Assembly (NCBI GenBank): GCA_963741945.1
Contig: CAVUKA010000003.1
Coordinates: forward strand, 1-64,000
Source of the DNA: an uncultured Gemmatimonadales bacterium
GTDB lineage: Bacteria; Gemmatimonadota; Gemmatimonadetes; Longimicrobiales; RSA9
DNA length: 64,000 nucleotides
Reading direction: 5' to 3'
This document shows positions 18,906 to 28,261 of this stretch, piece after piece. Under the pieces are notes generated by a model. That model did no database searches, was not told the origin of the DNA, and saw only the letters and a program-made list of their open reading frames with translations. The translations under genes and the position numbers were made by a program. The first letter of the stretch is position 1; each line of letters starts with the position of its first letter.

Positions 18906-20429
18906 ATGATCCGCGCCACGATCCGCGCCCACCGCCGCCGCCACCACCGCCCGGCCGCGCTCGACCCCACGACGCTGCCCGCCCGCGCCGTCGCGTGGGC
19001 CCTCGTCGCCTTGCTGACCACGACCGCGGCCGCGCCGCTGACCGCCCAGCACACAGAGCAGGAGGAGACGTGGGACTACTGGGCGCCACAGCGGGAGATG
19101 ATCCGGCGAGGACAGCAGGCGATCCTGACGTGCAACGGCCTCTTCACCTCCCACCGTACGCTGGAGCAGGTGTACCGGCGGGAGCTGGCGTTCTTCGTGG
19201 AGCCGGGGCCGATCGGGACGCCGGAGGGGGGCGACTACGAGATCGATCGGGACCGGCGCGCCGTGGCCATCGGGAACCCGCGCACCGGCCCCGTCATGCG
19301 CGCGGCCTTCCGGGACGGGATCGGCTGCGTCATCATGGCCCCGGACCAGACGTTCGCCGACATCCACTCGCTCCCGGAGCTCGACGCGCCGCCGCTCCCG
19401 GGCGACGCGGACACCATCCCCTGGCCCGACGGCGACCTGGTGGAGGACGCGCCGCTCCCCGCCGGGGTGGACGCCGCCGCGCTGGAAGCGGCGTCGAAGT
19501 GGGCGTTCGACCGGGAATCTCCGTACCAGTTCACCGTCTCGCTCCTCGTCGTCTACAAGGGGCGGATCATCCACGAGCGGTACGCCCCCGGCTTCGACAT
19601 GCACACGCGCACCCGGACCTGGTCCACGGCCAAGAGCATCGCGGCCACGCTGGTCGGGATCCTGGTCGACCAGGGCCGCATGGAGCTGGACGCGCCGCTG
19701 GCGCTCCAGTGGCTGCCCGAAGCGCGGTCCGCCGAAACCGACCCGCGGAACGCCATCACGCTCCGCCACGCGCTGAACATGTCCAGCGGCCTCGAGCCCA
19801 TCGACGACCGGGGGCTCGAGTACGCCACCGGCTCCGGGCTCGGCTACTGGGCCGGCGCCAGCTCCGTCCGCCTCGCCCTCGACCGCGGCCTCATCCGCCA
19901 GCCCGGCACCTTCTGGGACTACGAGAACTCCGACAATCTCATGGCCGTCCGCACGATGAAGGAGGTGCTCGGCGACGAGGCCACCTACCTCGCCTTTCCG
20001 CGCCGCGCGCTCCTCGACCGGATCGGCATGCGCAGCACCCTCCTGAGCACCGACCGCTTCGGCGACTTCGTCCTCAGCAGCCAGGTCTACACCAACGCCC
20101 GCGACCTCGCCCGCTTCGGACTCCTCTACGCCAATGGCGGCACCTGGAACGGCGAGCGCATCATCAGCCAGGACTGGATCGACTTCGTCCGCACCCCCGC
20201 CCCCGCCACCGTGGGGCTCGGCAGCTTCTACGGCGGCCAGTTCTGGCTCGTACCCGCCGACCGCCACGACGTCCCCGCCGGCGCCTACACCACCGCCGGC
20301 AACCGCGGCCAGTACGCCATCATCGACCCGTCCCACGACCTGGTCATCGTGCGGCGCGGGCTGGACTGGGGGCGGCAGGGGTTCGACGAATGGGACCTGC
20401 TGCGGGAGGTCCTGACAGCGATTCCGTAG
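18906..20429 (+). CDS. Secreted serine hydrolase, beta-lactamase (AmpC)-like family
   Basis: WSTAKS (SxxK), ITLRHALNMSSGL, WDYEN, ARDLARFGLLY, GNRGQY. Confidence 0.9.
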   Translation: MIRATIRAHRRRHHRPAALDPTTLPARAVAWALVALLTTTAAAPLTAQHTEQEETWDYWAPQREMIRRGQQAILTCNGLFTSHRTLEQVYRRELAFFVEPGPIGTPEGGDYEIDRDRRAVAIGNPRTGPVMRAAFRDGIGCVIMAPDQTFADIHSLPELDAPPLPGDADTIPWPDGDLVEDAPLPAGVDAAALEAASKWAFDRESPYQFTVSLLVVYKGRIIHERYAPGFDMHTRTRTWSTAKSIAATLVGILVDQGRMELDAPLALQWLPEARSAETDPRNAITLRHALNMSSGLEPIDDRGLEYATGSGLGYWAGASSVRLALDRGLIRQPGTFWDYENSDNLMAVRTMKEVLGDEATYLAFPRRALLDRIGMRSTLLSTDRFGDFVLSSQVYTNARDLARFGLLYANGGTWNGERIISQDWIDFVRTPAPATVGLGSFYGGQFWLVPADRHDVPAGAYTTAGNRGQYAIIDPSHDLVIVRRGLDWGRQGFDEWDLLREVLTAIP

Positions 20430-20447
20430 ACTCCGCGCGCGCCCGCG

Positions 20448-20810
20448 TCAGCCGGCGACCACCTCCACCGCCGCCGCGCACCCGGGCACGTGCGCCAGCC
20501 GGGCGTCCGTGGTCAGCAGCGGCGCGTCCAGCGCTTCGGCCAGCGCGAGGTACGCGGCGTCGTACGGGGTGACGTTCGAGCGCAGCGCCCAGATCCGGCC
20601 CAGGAAGAGCCGGTGCGGGTATCGCTCGATCTGGAGGTCCGACAGATCGCGTAGCGCGCCTTCGGCACGCTCGGCGGACAGCCCGCCACGCAGCACGTGC
20701 CGCCGCAGCACCTGCGCCACCTCCAGGTCCAGCAGGGGCGGCGCGCTCAGCAGCTCGCCGCCGAACAGCCGCCCCTCCAGCGCCCGCCCCCGCTCCGTCT
20801 GCAGCAGCAA
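20448..20810 (-). pseudogene. vapC: VapC PIN-domain toxin, N-terminally truncated, with no adjacent antitoxin
   Basis: APPLLDLEVAQVLRR, NVTPYDAAYLALAE and LLTTDARL are present. The first beta-strand with its catalytic Asp is missing. Confidence 0.7.
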
Positions 20811-21005
20811 TCTCCTGTCGGCTGTGTGGCGTCCGGGGCATATTTACGACCCGCGGGGGCACGCCATGGCGGGATCGGTCGGCAGGGGGGATCCACCGGC
20901 AGGCGGGTTCCGGCGCCGCTGTCACATTGCCCGTGCGGCGCCCGTTGTTCCCGGGAGCGGCCGTGGACCGCTCCCCGTCCTCGCACCCGAAACCGGACCA
21001 TCCTG

Positions 21006-22538
21006 ATGCGCCGACGCCGCTTCGTTCCACTCGCTTCCGCGCTGGTCGTCCTGCTGGTCGCGGCGGCGTGCGACGACGAGCCGACCACGCCGCGTGTGCC
21101 CCCCGAGCTCTCGGGGGCGGTGGCCACGATCACGGCCGCGGACGTGGCGGAGCGGGTGGGGGTGATCGCCGATGACAGCATGCTGGGGCGGGACACCCCG
21201 GGCCCGGGGCTCGAGGCGGCGGCGGCATACCTGGCCTCGGAGCTCGCCGGGATGGGGCTGGCGGCCGCCGGGACGGGGTACACGCAGCGTTACCCGTACG
21301 CGTACCTGTTGCGGGACGACGCCAGCCTTCTGCTGGCGCTCGCGGCGGCGGAGACGCCGTCGCTCGAGCCCGGACGCGACCTGGTGATGTTCGGGGCGGT
21401 GCCGGCGCGCGGCGACACGGCCGGCAGGATCGTGTGGGGCGGGGCGGCGTCCGACCCGGAAGCGTCCGCGCGGGCCGGGGTGTCGCTGACGGGGCGGGTG
21501 GCGCTGTTCGACCTGCCGGTGTCCCGCCTCGACATGGCCGCGGTCCTGGCGACGGCCGACGCGGAGCACGCGGCGTTCGTGGATCAGGCGGCGGCGATCG
21601 GCTTCGTGGTGGGAGCGGCGTTCGACGAGCAGGAGATGGCGGACGCCATGGCGCGCAGCGAGCGCCACCACCGGTCGATCCCGGAGTTCTGGATCCGGCC
21701 GTCGGCCGCGGAGGCGCTGCTGTCGGCGGCCGGGGCCGACCTGGCCGCGCTCCGCGCCGGGGGCCCGCGGCTCCTGGACGCCTCCCTGCGCGTGCGGGCG
21801 CTCCTCGAGCCGGTGACGGAAACGCCGCCGAACGTGCTGGCCGTGCTCCCCGGCTCGGATCCGTCGCTGCGGGACGAATACGTGATCGTTTCGGCCCATT
21901 ACGACCACATCGGCATCGGGTTCCCGGACGCCAGCGGCGACTCCATCTACAACGGCGCAGACGACAACGGCTCCGGTACCACCGCGGTGCTCGAGATCGC
22001 GGAAGCCATGGCGTCGCTGGAGAGGGCGCCCGCCCGGTCGGTGCTCTTCCTGCTGGTCAGCGGCGAGGAGCACGGGCTGATCGGCTCGTCGTACTTCATG
22101 GCGCACCCCGCGGTGCCGCTCTCCGGCATGGTGGCGGACATCAACCTGGACATGGTGGGGCGCAACGACCCGGGCGAAGTGATCGGGGTGGGGCTGGACT
22201 ACACCACCCTCGGCCCGCTGGCGGAGGCGCTGGCACGGGACCGGGAGGCGCTCGGGCTCACGGTGATCCCCGACCTGGTGCCCGAGGAGCACCTCTTCTT
22301 CCGCAGCGACCAGCTCGTCTTCGCCTGCCGCGACGTGCCCTCCCTCTTCCTCACCACGGGCGGCCACGCCGACTACCACACCCTGAGCGACGAGGTGGAC
22401 AGGCTGGACACGGACAAGATCGCCCGCGTGGCCCGCCTCGCCTTCTATCTCGCCTTCCACGTGGCGGACGCGAAGGACCGCCCCGCATGGAGCTCCGCCG
22501 GACGGGCGGCGCTGAGCCAGAGCGGGCGCTGCCGCTGA
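21006..22538 (+). CDS. M28-family metallopeptidase lipoprotein
   Basis: Lipobox VAAAC, SAHYDH, NGADDNGSG, GEEHGLIGS, NLDMVG, RSDQ, DYHT. Confidence 0.92.
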   Translation: MRRRRFVPLASALVVLLVAAACDDEPTTPRVPPELSGAVATITAADVAERVGVIADDSMLGRDTPGPGLEAAAAYLASELAGMGLAAAGTGYTQRYPYAYLLRDDASLLLALAAAETPSLEPGRDLVMFGAVPARGDTAGRIVWGGAASDPEASARAGVSLTGRVALFDLPVSRLDMAAVLATADAEHAAFVDQAAAIGFVVGAAFDEQEMADAMARSERHHRSIPEFWIRPSAAEALLSAAGADLAALRAGGPRLLDASLRVRALLEPVTETPPNVLAVLPGSDPSLRDEYVIVSAHYDHIGIGFPDASGDSIYNGADDNGSGTTAVLEIAEAMASLERAPARSVLFLLVSGEEHGLIGSSYFMAHPAVPLSGMVADINLDMVGRNDPGEVIGVGLDYTTLGPLAEALARDREALGLTVIPDLVPEEHLFFRSDQLVFACRDVPSLFLTTGGHADYHTLSDEVDRLDTDKIARVARLAFYLAFHVADAKDRPAWSSAGRAALSQSGRCR

Positions 22539-22729
22539 GCGTCCGGATCGGGGGCCCGGCGTCGCTCGCTCGTCGGGTTCCCGTTTCAAGGCCGAGCCGC
22601 GATACTACAGGTTCGCCATCACAATTCGACCGTGAAGACGACACCGCCCGCCCCCTCGGGGAGCGGCGTTACGGATATCCACGCGGCATCCACGGTGCCG
22701 CAGGAACGAACGAGAGCAGTACGAAGGCC

Positions 22730-22939
22730 ATGACGAAGCACGAGTTCGAGCAGGTGCAGAAGGCGATCGAGCGGGGCGACGCCCCCATGATCCGGATCCG
22801 CGCGCGCTTCCGCGTCCGCCGCCACGTCCAGCGCGTGGTCGGCTTCGACACGACCTGGGCGCTTCAGCCCCTCCTGATCGTGGAGGATGGCGAGCGGGTG
22901 GCCCTGGAGAACTGCGGCCTGGAACGCCCGGCCGCCTGA
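22730..22939 (+). CDS. Small hypothetical protein (69 aa)
   Basis: MTKHEFEQVQKAIERG...; high GC3 coding pattern. Confidence 0.55.
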   Translation: MTKHEFEQVQKAIERGDAPMIRIRARFRVRRHVQRVVGFDTTWALQPLLIVEDGERVALENCGLERPAA

Positions 22940-23001
22940 CGGCGGGTTCGCGCCCGGACTGCCCGGCCGCCTGACGAGGCCGCCTCCGCGCCCTGGCCCG
23001 A

Positions 23002-23415
23002 TCAGGAATGGCCGGGGAGCAGCGCGGGCTCGCCTTCCAGCGCCACGACGCCGAAGTGCCGCAGGTCCAGCGTGACAATGGCCTCCGCACGCACCCGCTC
23101 CGCCAACGCCATCACCGCGGCATCCACCAGGCCGAGCCGGAGATCCGCGTAGCGGGTGAGGAGCCCGTGGGCGCGGGCCAGGTCCGCGTCGTCGCCCCAT
23201 TCCACCATCCACGCGCCCTCCGCCAGGTCGCCGTGGAACGCGCCCGCCGCCTCCGCACCCGCGTGGCGCGCCAGCAGATAGTCCACCTCCGGCAGGATCG
23301 CCCACGGCAGCAGCCAGCGCTCCCCCGTTTCCTCGTACAGCTCCAGCACCGCCGCGTGGTGCCGGTCGTCCTGATCCAGCAGCGCGATCAACGCCCCCGT
23401 ATCCGCGACGATCAC
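23002..23415 (-). CDS. vapC: VapC PIN-domain toxin
   Basis: VIVADTGALIAL...ILPEVDYLL...LGLVDAAV...TLDLRHF; GTGA overlap with the antitoxin. Confidence 0.9.
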   Translation of the reverse strand: MIVADTGALIALLDQDDRHHAAVLELYEETGERWLLPWAILPEVDYLLARHAGAEAAGAFHGDLAEGAWMVEWGDDADLARAHGLLTRYADLRLGLVDAAVMALAERVRAEAIVTLDLRHFGVVALEGEPALLPGHS

Positions 23416-23648
23416 TCGGCGCCGAACCCCTCGAGGTAGGCTTCCGCCCGCTCCCCCAGGTCCCCCAGCCCCGACCGCACCGCCCCGATGCTGCGCGGGC
23501 GACGCCGCCCGCCGTGCCGCTCGGCGTACTCCGCCACCGCCTCGCGCACCAGCTCCGCCGCCGGGCGGCCCTGCTCGCGCGCCATCTGCTGGAGCCGCCG
23601 GTACGCGTCGGCGTCCAGGTAGACCGTGGTCTTCCGTGTCTCGCTCAT
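23412..23648 (-). CDS. vapB: Ribbon-helix-helix (CopG) antitoxin
   Basis: RKTTVYLD...AELVREAV RHH pattern; translationally coupled to the PIN gene. Confidence 0.88.
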   Translation of the reverse strand: MSETRKTTVYLDADAYRRLQQMAREQGRPAAELVREAVAEYAERHGGRRRPRSIGAVRSGLGDLGERAEAYLEGFGAE

Positions 23649-23714
23649 GTGGCAACCATATATGGCACATGGCAGTCTGTCAAGTGGGTCGTGGAGGCCG
23701 ACACGCGGCCCACG

Positions 23715-24386
23715 CTACACCAAATCCGGGGGCGGAAGAATGGCCCGGCGGGACGAACGGGGTAGCGTCCAGCGCTCCGGCCACCTCCAGCCGGGCGGTG
23801 CCGAACGCGGTGAGATTGTCAGAAAGTACACCTGCTCCGAGATGAGCAGGGTGACGCTGGCGAATCTGTGAAACCGCAACCGTGGCGAACGGAGTCGCAC
23901 GATTGAGACCAGCGTGATCATGGCCCAGAAGCTCTAGGTCCAGGGCCCGTTCACATGCACGACGTACTGCCACCCGCCCTTCAGGTAGGAATCGACCACA
24001 TCAAGGACTATGACCGCCAGGAGCCCCGAATAGAACCAGGCGCGTCGCTCGAGGAAGTATCGATCGAGACTCTCGACGCCGCCCCAACTCCGGGGAACGA
24101 GGATGACGGCCGGGAGGAAGAGCGCTACCGCGTAGGTCACCAGAAACAAATAGAGCTCGATGGTCCACTGCGGGTGCAACTCCGAAAACCGAAACTCCCG
24201 CCACCATAACTGAACCAGCCAGACGAACGTGAAGACAAGCCAGGCGCCGTGCGCAACGCTCAGCTTGAGTTCCGGTCCCTTGCCCGAACGGCGATCAATG
24301 ATCCCGCCGACACCGTCGAGCAGGTGCGCCATCGCCAAGCCGACGATAATGGAGATGAGCACCATCACGTATTCGAAGCGATTCAT
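23715..24386 (-). pseudogene. Membrane protein interrupted by an in-frame TAG at 23934-23936
   Basis: The hydrophobic ORF continues in the same frame after the TAG (GPWT*SFWAMITLV...). Visibly lower GC than the flanks. Confidence 0.6.
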
Positions 24387-24431
24387 CTCGGTCGCTCCCT
24401 GAGCTGCCGAGCGCGAATCGCGCTACGAGTG

Positions 24432-27236
24432 CTAGCCGTCCATCAATCCCCCGAACACCACCCCGAACGTCCCCCACGTCTGCCCCCGGTGCTGGGGGCG
24501 GAATCCGATGAGCACCACGCGTCCCTTGCCGTGCTCGACGCTCACCATGGCGGCTTTCTCGGAGAGGACGTCCTCGCCGATGAGCCAGCCGCTCTGGAGG
24601 ATGTTCTCCTGGTCGGTGCCCTCGCCCGCTTCGGGGAAGGTGATGACGCGGTGGACGCGCTCGCTGTGGGCGCCGGGGACGGTCTCGTACGCGCGGCTGT
24701 CGCCGGTGAAGAGGACGAGGGCGCGGGCGGGCATGCCGTACACGAGTGGGTCGGTTGTGTCCACGTTCACGCGCAGCGTGGAGCCGGGGCACCAGAACTC
24801 CTTCGATGACAGGCCGTCGTTCACGACTCGGACGGGGAGGTTGAAGCCGTCAATGGCGAGGTCGCCGGCCTGGCCGAAGGTCATGAGGGTGCCGCCGTCG
24901 CGGACGAACTGCTCGAGGGCCTTCACCCCCTCGTCGCCGAAGCCGCTGCGGTACTCGGGCGGCGTGTTCTCCAGGTAGCGGGCGTAGCGGCCGGCGAGCT
25001 GGCCCGGCGCCGAGCCCGGGCCCTTCATCATCACCGGGTTGTCCGACGGCAGGATGATGACGTCGAAATCCTTGATCAGGCTGCCCTTCCTGATCCGCGC
25101 GTCGTCCAGCCCCTGGTACGGGAAGGCGAACCGCTCCAGCACCAGCCGCGTCCACCCCTCGTCCATGTTCCCGCCGTAATACCGGTGGTACAGCCCGATC
25201 CGCTGCCGCTCCACGGGCGAGGTGGAAGCGGGCTCGACGTCCAGCGCCTCGAACGAGACGTGCGTTTCCGCCGCGACCGCACGCAGCGCCGCGCCGTCGG
25301 CGTTGCCCGGAATCAGGAAGTCCCCGGTGTTGAAAAGTGTTCCTTCGTGTGCTTCGTTCCCTTCGTGTGAACCGCTGTTGGAAGGTGAGGCGCCCGCTGA
25401 GCTAGCCCCCGCCCGCCGAACCTGAACGCCCCGGTCAAGGAGCGTGTTCACCGCCAGGTACGCCGCGTTCTCCCGCCCGTCGAGCCGATAGCCGTAAGAG
25501 CCCGCGGTGACCGATCCGGCTGGCTCGATGCCAGTGGTGACGTAAGGAAGCCGCTCCACGACGCGGACCTCGAAGTCGGGCTGGATCACGCTGGTGCCCA
25601 CGGTGACCGGGGTCCCGACGGGGACCGCTTCCACCCCCATGAACTCCGCCATGTCGTGCGTCGCCAGGTCGTACGGCCGGATGGGGCTGCCGTCCCGGTC
25701 CCGGGTGAACGCGTTGTCCGGGTAGAACGTGCGCCCCAGGAGCCAGCGGACCAGCCCGCGCTTGGGCTGCGCCATGGAGACCACCCACGAGCCGCCGCCG
25801 TAGACGCGGCCCTCGTGGACGAAGTCGGACGTCGCCCGGCGGACCTCGATCCCCTGCTGGAGCAGCTTGTTGACGATCTCGACGGCGGTGAGGCGGTCGT
25901 GCTGGTCGGCGGGGATGATGAAGGCGGCGAGCGGGCCCGTGGGGCCGTTGTGGACGGGGGCGGCGTCGTCGCCCCGCTCGACCTGGCGGCGGGCCTTGAG
26001 GTAGTGGTTCTCGAGGACGGTGCGGCGGTTCTTCGCCGCCATGTCGAGGAGGGCGAGCGACGCGATCTTCTGCATGTCCACGATGTCGCGCACGGTCCAC
26101 CAGCCGCCCGGCCAAGGGTCAGGGAACGTGTTCTGGGCGCGGTACTCGGGGATGCCGTGCTCGGGGTCGGCCTCGAGCTGGTCCGGCTGGACGAAGATCG
26201 GCCACGCCAGGTTGGCGCTGGCGGACTCGGTGAGCATGCCGGCGATGTTGTGGAAGGGCGTGATCCAGTGGAAGCCGAAGTGGCCCCAGCCGCCGTAGAT
26301 GGCGGCGTTGGCGACGCCGCTCTTGCCGGCCGACTCCTCGTCGGCGGCGATGCGGGCGCCCCACCAGCTCATCTCGCGCCAGACCAGCGGGTCACCGTCG
26401 GGGCGGATCGGCTCGGCGTACGGCGGCACGTACATGCGCGGGCCGTACGCGCCCATCTGGTGGTGGTCCACGAACGCTTCGGGCACCCAGTCGCGGAACA
26501 GGATCTCGCCCGTCCACACGCTCTCGGCCGTGTTCTGCTGGAACGCGTCCCGGTTGTTGTCGTGGCCGATGTAGGGATGGTAGAGCCACGGCAGGCTGGC
26601 GCCCTGCCACTCCGTCCCCGCCGTCTTCCGCACCCAGTCCGCCACCATGGTGGTGCCGTCCGGGTTGAGCGACGGGAACAGGATGGCCACGTCCTGGTCC
26701 AGGATCCGGCGCATGGCGTCGTCGTCGCGGGTGGCCATGTCATGGACCAGCTCCGCGGCGGTCTGCGTGGCCGCCACCTCGGTGGCGTGCAGCCCGTAGC
26801 TCTGGGCGACGATGGCCCGGCCGTTCTCGATGGCGTTCGCGATCTCGACGTCCGAGTGCCCCCGGGGGTCGGCGAGGACCAGGTTGAGCTGCCGCAGCTC
26901 CTCCAGCCGCGCCAGGTTCTCCGGCGACGAGACGAAGAGCACCAGGAACGGCTTCCCCAGCGTGCTCGGGCCCATCTCCCTCAGCGCCACGCGCGGGCTG
27001 CGCTCGGCCACCAGCTCGTAGTACGCCGTCAGCTGGCTCCAGTCGGCAAGCTTGCCGTCGGCGCCCATGCGGAAGCCGAAGTACTCTTCGGGCGACGGAA
27101 CGGCGGGCGCGGCGCTCGCGGGCTGCGCGGATCCGGGGGGCGCGGCCTGCTGTGCGGCCGCCGTGGTGGCGAGGGAGCTGGCCAGCGCCAGCAGGACGAA
27201 GACGAAAAGCCCGGGCACGCGGCGAGGACGTCGCAT
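24432..27236 (-). CDS. Secreted M14-family zinc carboxypeptidase-like protein with C-terminal GATase-like domain
   Basis: Signal peptide, GLHATE (HxxE), NPDG, HDNNRD, DHHQMG, MDEGWTR, IGFRPQHRGQ. Confidence 0.9.
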   Translation of the reverse strand: MRRPRRVPGLFVFVLLALASSLATTAAAQQAAPPGSAQPASAAPAVPSPEEYFGFRMGADGKLADWSQLTAYYELVAERSPRVALREMGPSTLGKPFLVLFVSSPENLARLEELRQLNLVLADPRGHSDVEIANAIENGRAIVAQSYGLHATEVAATQTAAELVHDMATRDDDAMRRILDQDVAILFPSLNPDGTTMVADWVRKTAGTEWQGASLPWLYHPYIGHDNNRDAFQQNTAESVWTGEILFRDWVPEAFVDHHQMGAYGPRMYVPPYAEPIRPDGDPLVWREMSWWGARIAADEESAGKSGVANAAIYGGWGHFGFHWITPFHNIAGMLTESASANLAWPIFVQPDQLEADPEHGIPEYRAQNTFPDPWPGGWWTVRDIVDMQKIASLALLDMAAKNRRTVLENHYLKARRQVERGDDAAPVHNGPTGPLAAFIIPADQHDRLTAVEIVNKLLQQGIEVRRATSDFVHEGRVYGGGSWVVSMAQPKRGLVRWLLGRTFYPDNAFTRDRDGSPIRPYDLATHDMAEFMGVEAVPVGTPVTVGTSVIQPDFEVRVVERLPYVTTGIEPAGSVTAGSYGYRLDGRENAAYLAVNTLLDRGVQVRRAGASSAGASPSNSGSHEGNEAHEGTLFNTGDFLIPGNADGAALRAVAAETHVSFEALDVEPASTSPVERQRIGLYHRYYGGNMDEGWTRLVLERFAFPYQGLDDARIRKGSLIKDFDVIILPSDNPVMMKGPGSAPGQLAGRYARYLENTPPEYRSGFGDEGVKALEQFVRDGGTLMTFGQAGDLAIDGFNLPVRVVNDGLSSKEFWCPGSTLRVNVDTTDPLVYGMPARALVLFTGDSRAYETVPGAHSERVHRVITFPEAGEGTDQENILQSGWLIGEDVLSEKAAMVSVEHGKGRVVLIGFRPQHRGQTWGTFGVVFGGLMDG

Positions 27237-27420
27237 GATCGCTCCATCAACGGTGAAGGACGTTGTGGACTATCTGGGGAATTCGGGCAGGGGCCGGCCT
27301 GCGACAGAGTACGGGTGCGTTCGGCGCGCGTCAATCCGGCTGGACGGGGGGAGAACGGAGGCGCGACCGCACGCGGTGTCCCCCCTGTGGGGGTCGCAGG
27401 AGCGCGTGACCGTCCGCAGC

Positions 27421-27683
27421 GCACTGTTCGCAGAGGATCACCCAGCGGTGGTGCCCTCCCAAACCGCTGGGCGATCGTCTGCACTATGCGCCGGGAATCA
27501 CCCAGCGGTGGTGCATTCTCCAACGAATGGGCGATCGTCTGCACTATGCGCGGGGAATCACCCAGCGGTGGTGCCCTCCCAAACCGCTGGGCGATCGTCT
27601 GCACTATGCGCCGGGAATCACCCAGCGGTGGTGCATTCTCCAACGAATGGGCGATCGTCTGCACTATGCGCGGGGAATCGCCC
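27421..27683. repeat. Intergenic 60-bp tandem array with alternating A/B units (ABAB, 120-bp exact period)
   Basis: Conserved TGGGCGATCGTCTGCACTATGCGC(C/G)GGGAATCACCCAGCGGTGGTGC with variable 13-mers CCTCCCAAACCGC / ATTCTCCAACGAA. Confidence 0.95.
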
Positions 27684-27824
27684 GCACGTCCATCCGGGCG
27701 CGACGCGTTGTAAGATATCGGGGACCGGGACGCGGAAGGGGCGGCCCGGCGGGCGCGGGCAAGCCCCCTCGGCTCGGCCGCCGCCGGGCCGCGGGCGCCG
27801 GGGCTGCCACGGAATGGAGAGGAC

Positions 27825-28145
27825 ATGACCGATCTACCCAGGCTGTACGTGGAGTTCAAGGACGAGCACCCGGAGATCGCGGAAGCGTTCGACCGCCTCG
27901 GCTCGGCCGCCCACGAGGATGGCCCGCTGGACGAGCGGACGAGGGCGCTGGTGAAGCTCTCGCTGTCGGTGGGCGCGGGGCTGGAGGGGGCGGTGCACGC
28001 CCACGTGCGGAAGGCGCTGGAGCGGGGGGTGACGCGGGAGGAGATCGATCACGCCATCGTGCTGGCGCTGCCCACGCTGGGGTGGCCGCGGATGCACCGG
28101 GCGTGGACGTGGGCGCGGGACATCTTCGAGGAAAGCGAGCGGTAG
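27825..28145 (+). CDS. Carboxymuconolactone decarboxylase (CMD/AhpD-like) family protein
   Basis: GPLDERTRALVKL...AVHAHVRKALERGVTREEI; GGAGAGG RBS. Confidence 0.88.
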   Translation: MTDLPRLYVEFKDEHPEIAEAFDRLGSAAHEDGPLDERTRALVKLSLSVGAGLEGAVHAHVRKALERGVTREEIDHAIVLALPTLGWPRMHRAWTWARDIFEESER

Positions 28146-28261
28146 GCCCTCAGAGAAGCGGCCGGGGGGCGGCGGGTGGAAACGTCTGTCCGGGACGCTG
28201 GCCTCGTTCCTGTATGCGCCCATCGCGGGGATGGGCGGCAACAGAGCACGGAGACGAGACG

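Noticed and set aside
18906-20429. Calling the SxxK hydrolases (also 60618-62105) true beta-lactamase resistance genes
   Set aside because: These motifs are shared by many esterases and peptidases; activity cannot be inferred from them.
23934-23936. Pyrrolysine or stop-codon reassignment
   Set aside because: Single case; TAG terminates many intact genes in this window.
27421-27683. CRISPR array call for the 60-bp repeats
   Set aside because: Variable parts are only 13 bp, recur as ABAB and resemble each other; no cas genes are in the window.
27029-27859. ORFs with 20-aa repeats crossing the array
   Set aside because: Several frames on both strands are open simply because the unit is 60 bp and stop-poor; they overlap real genes.
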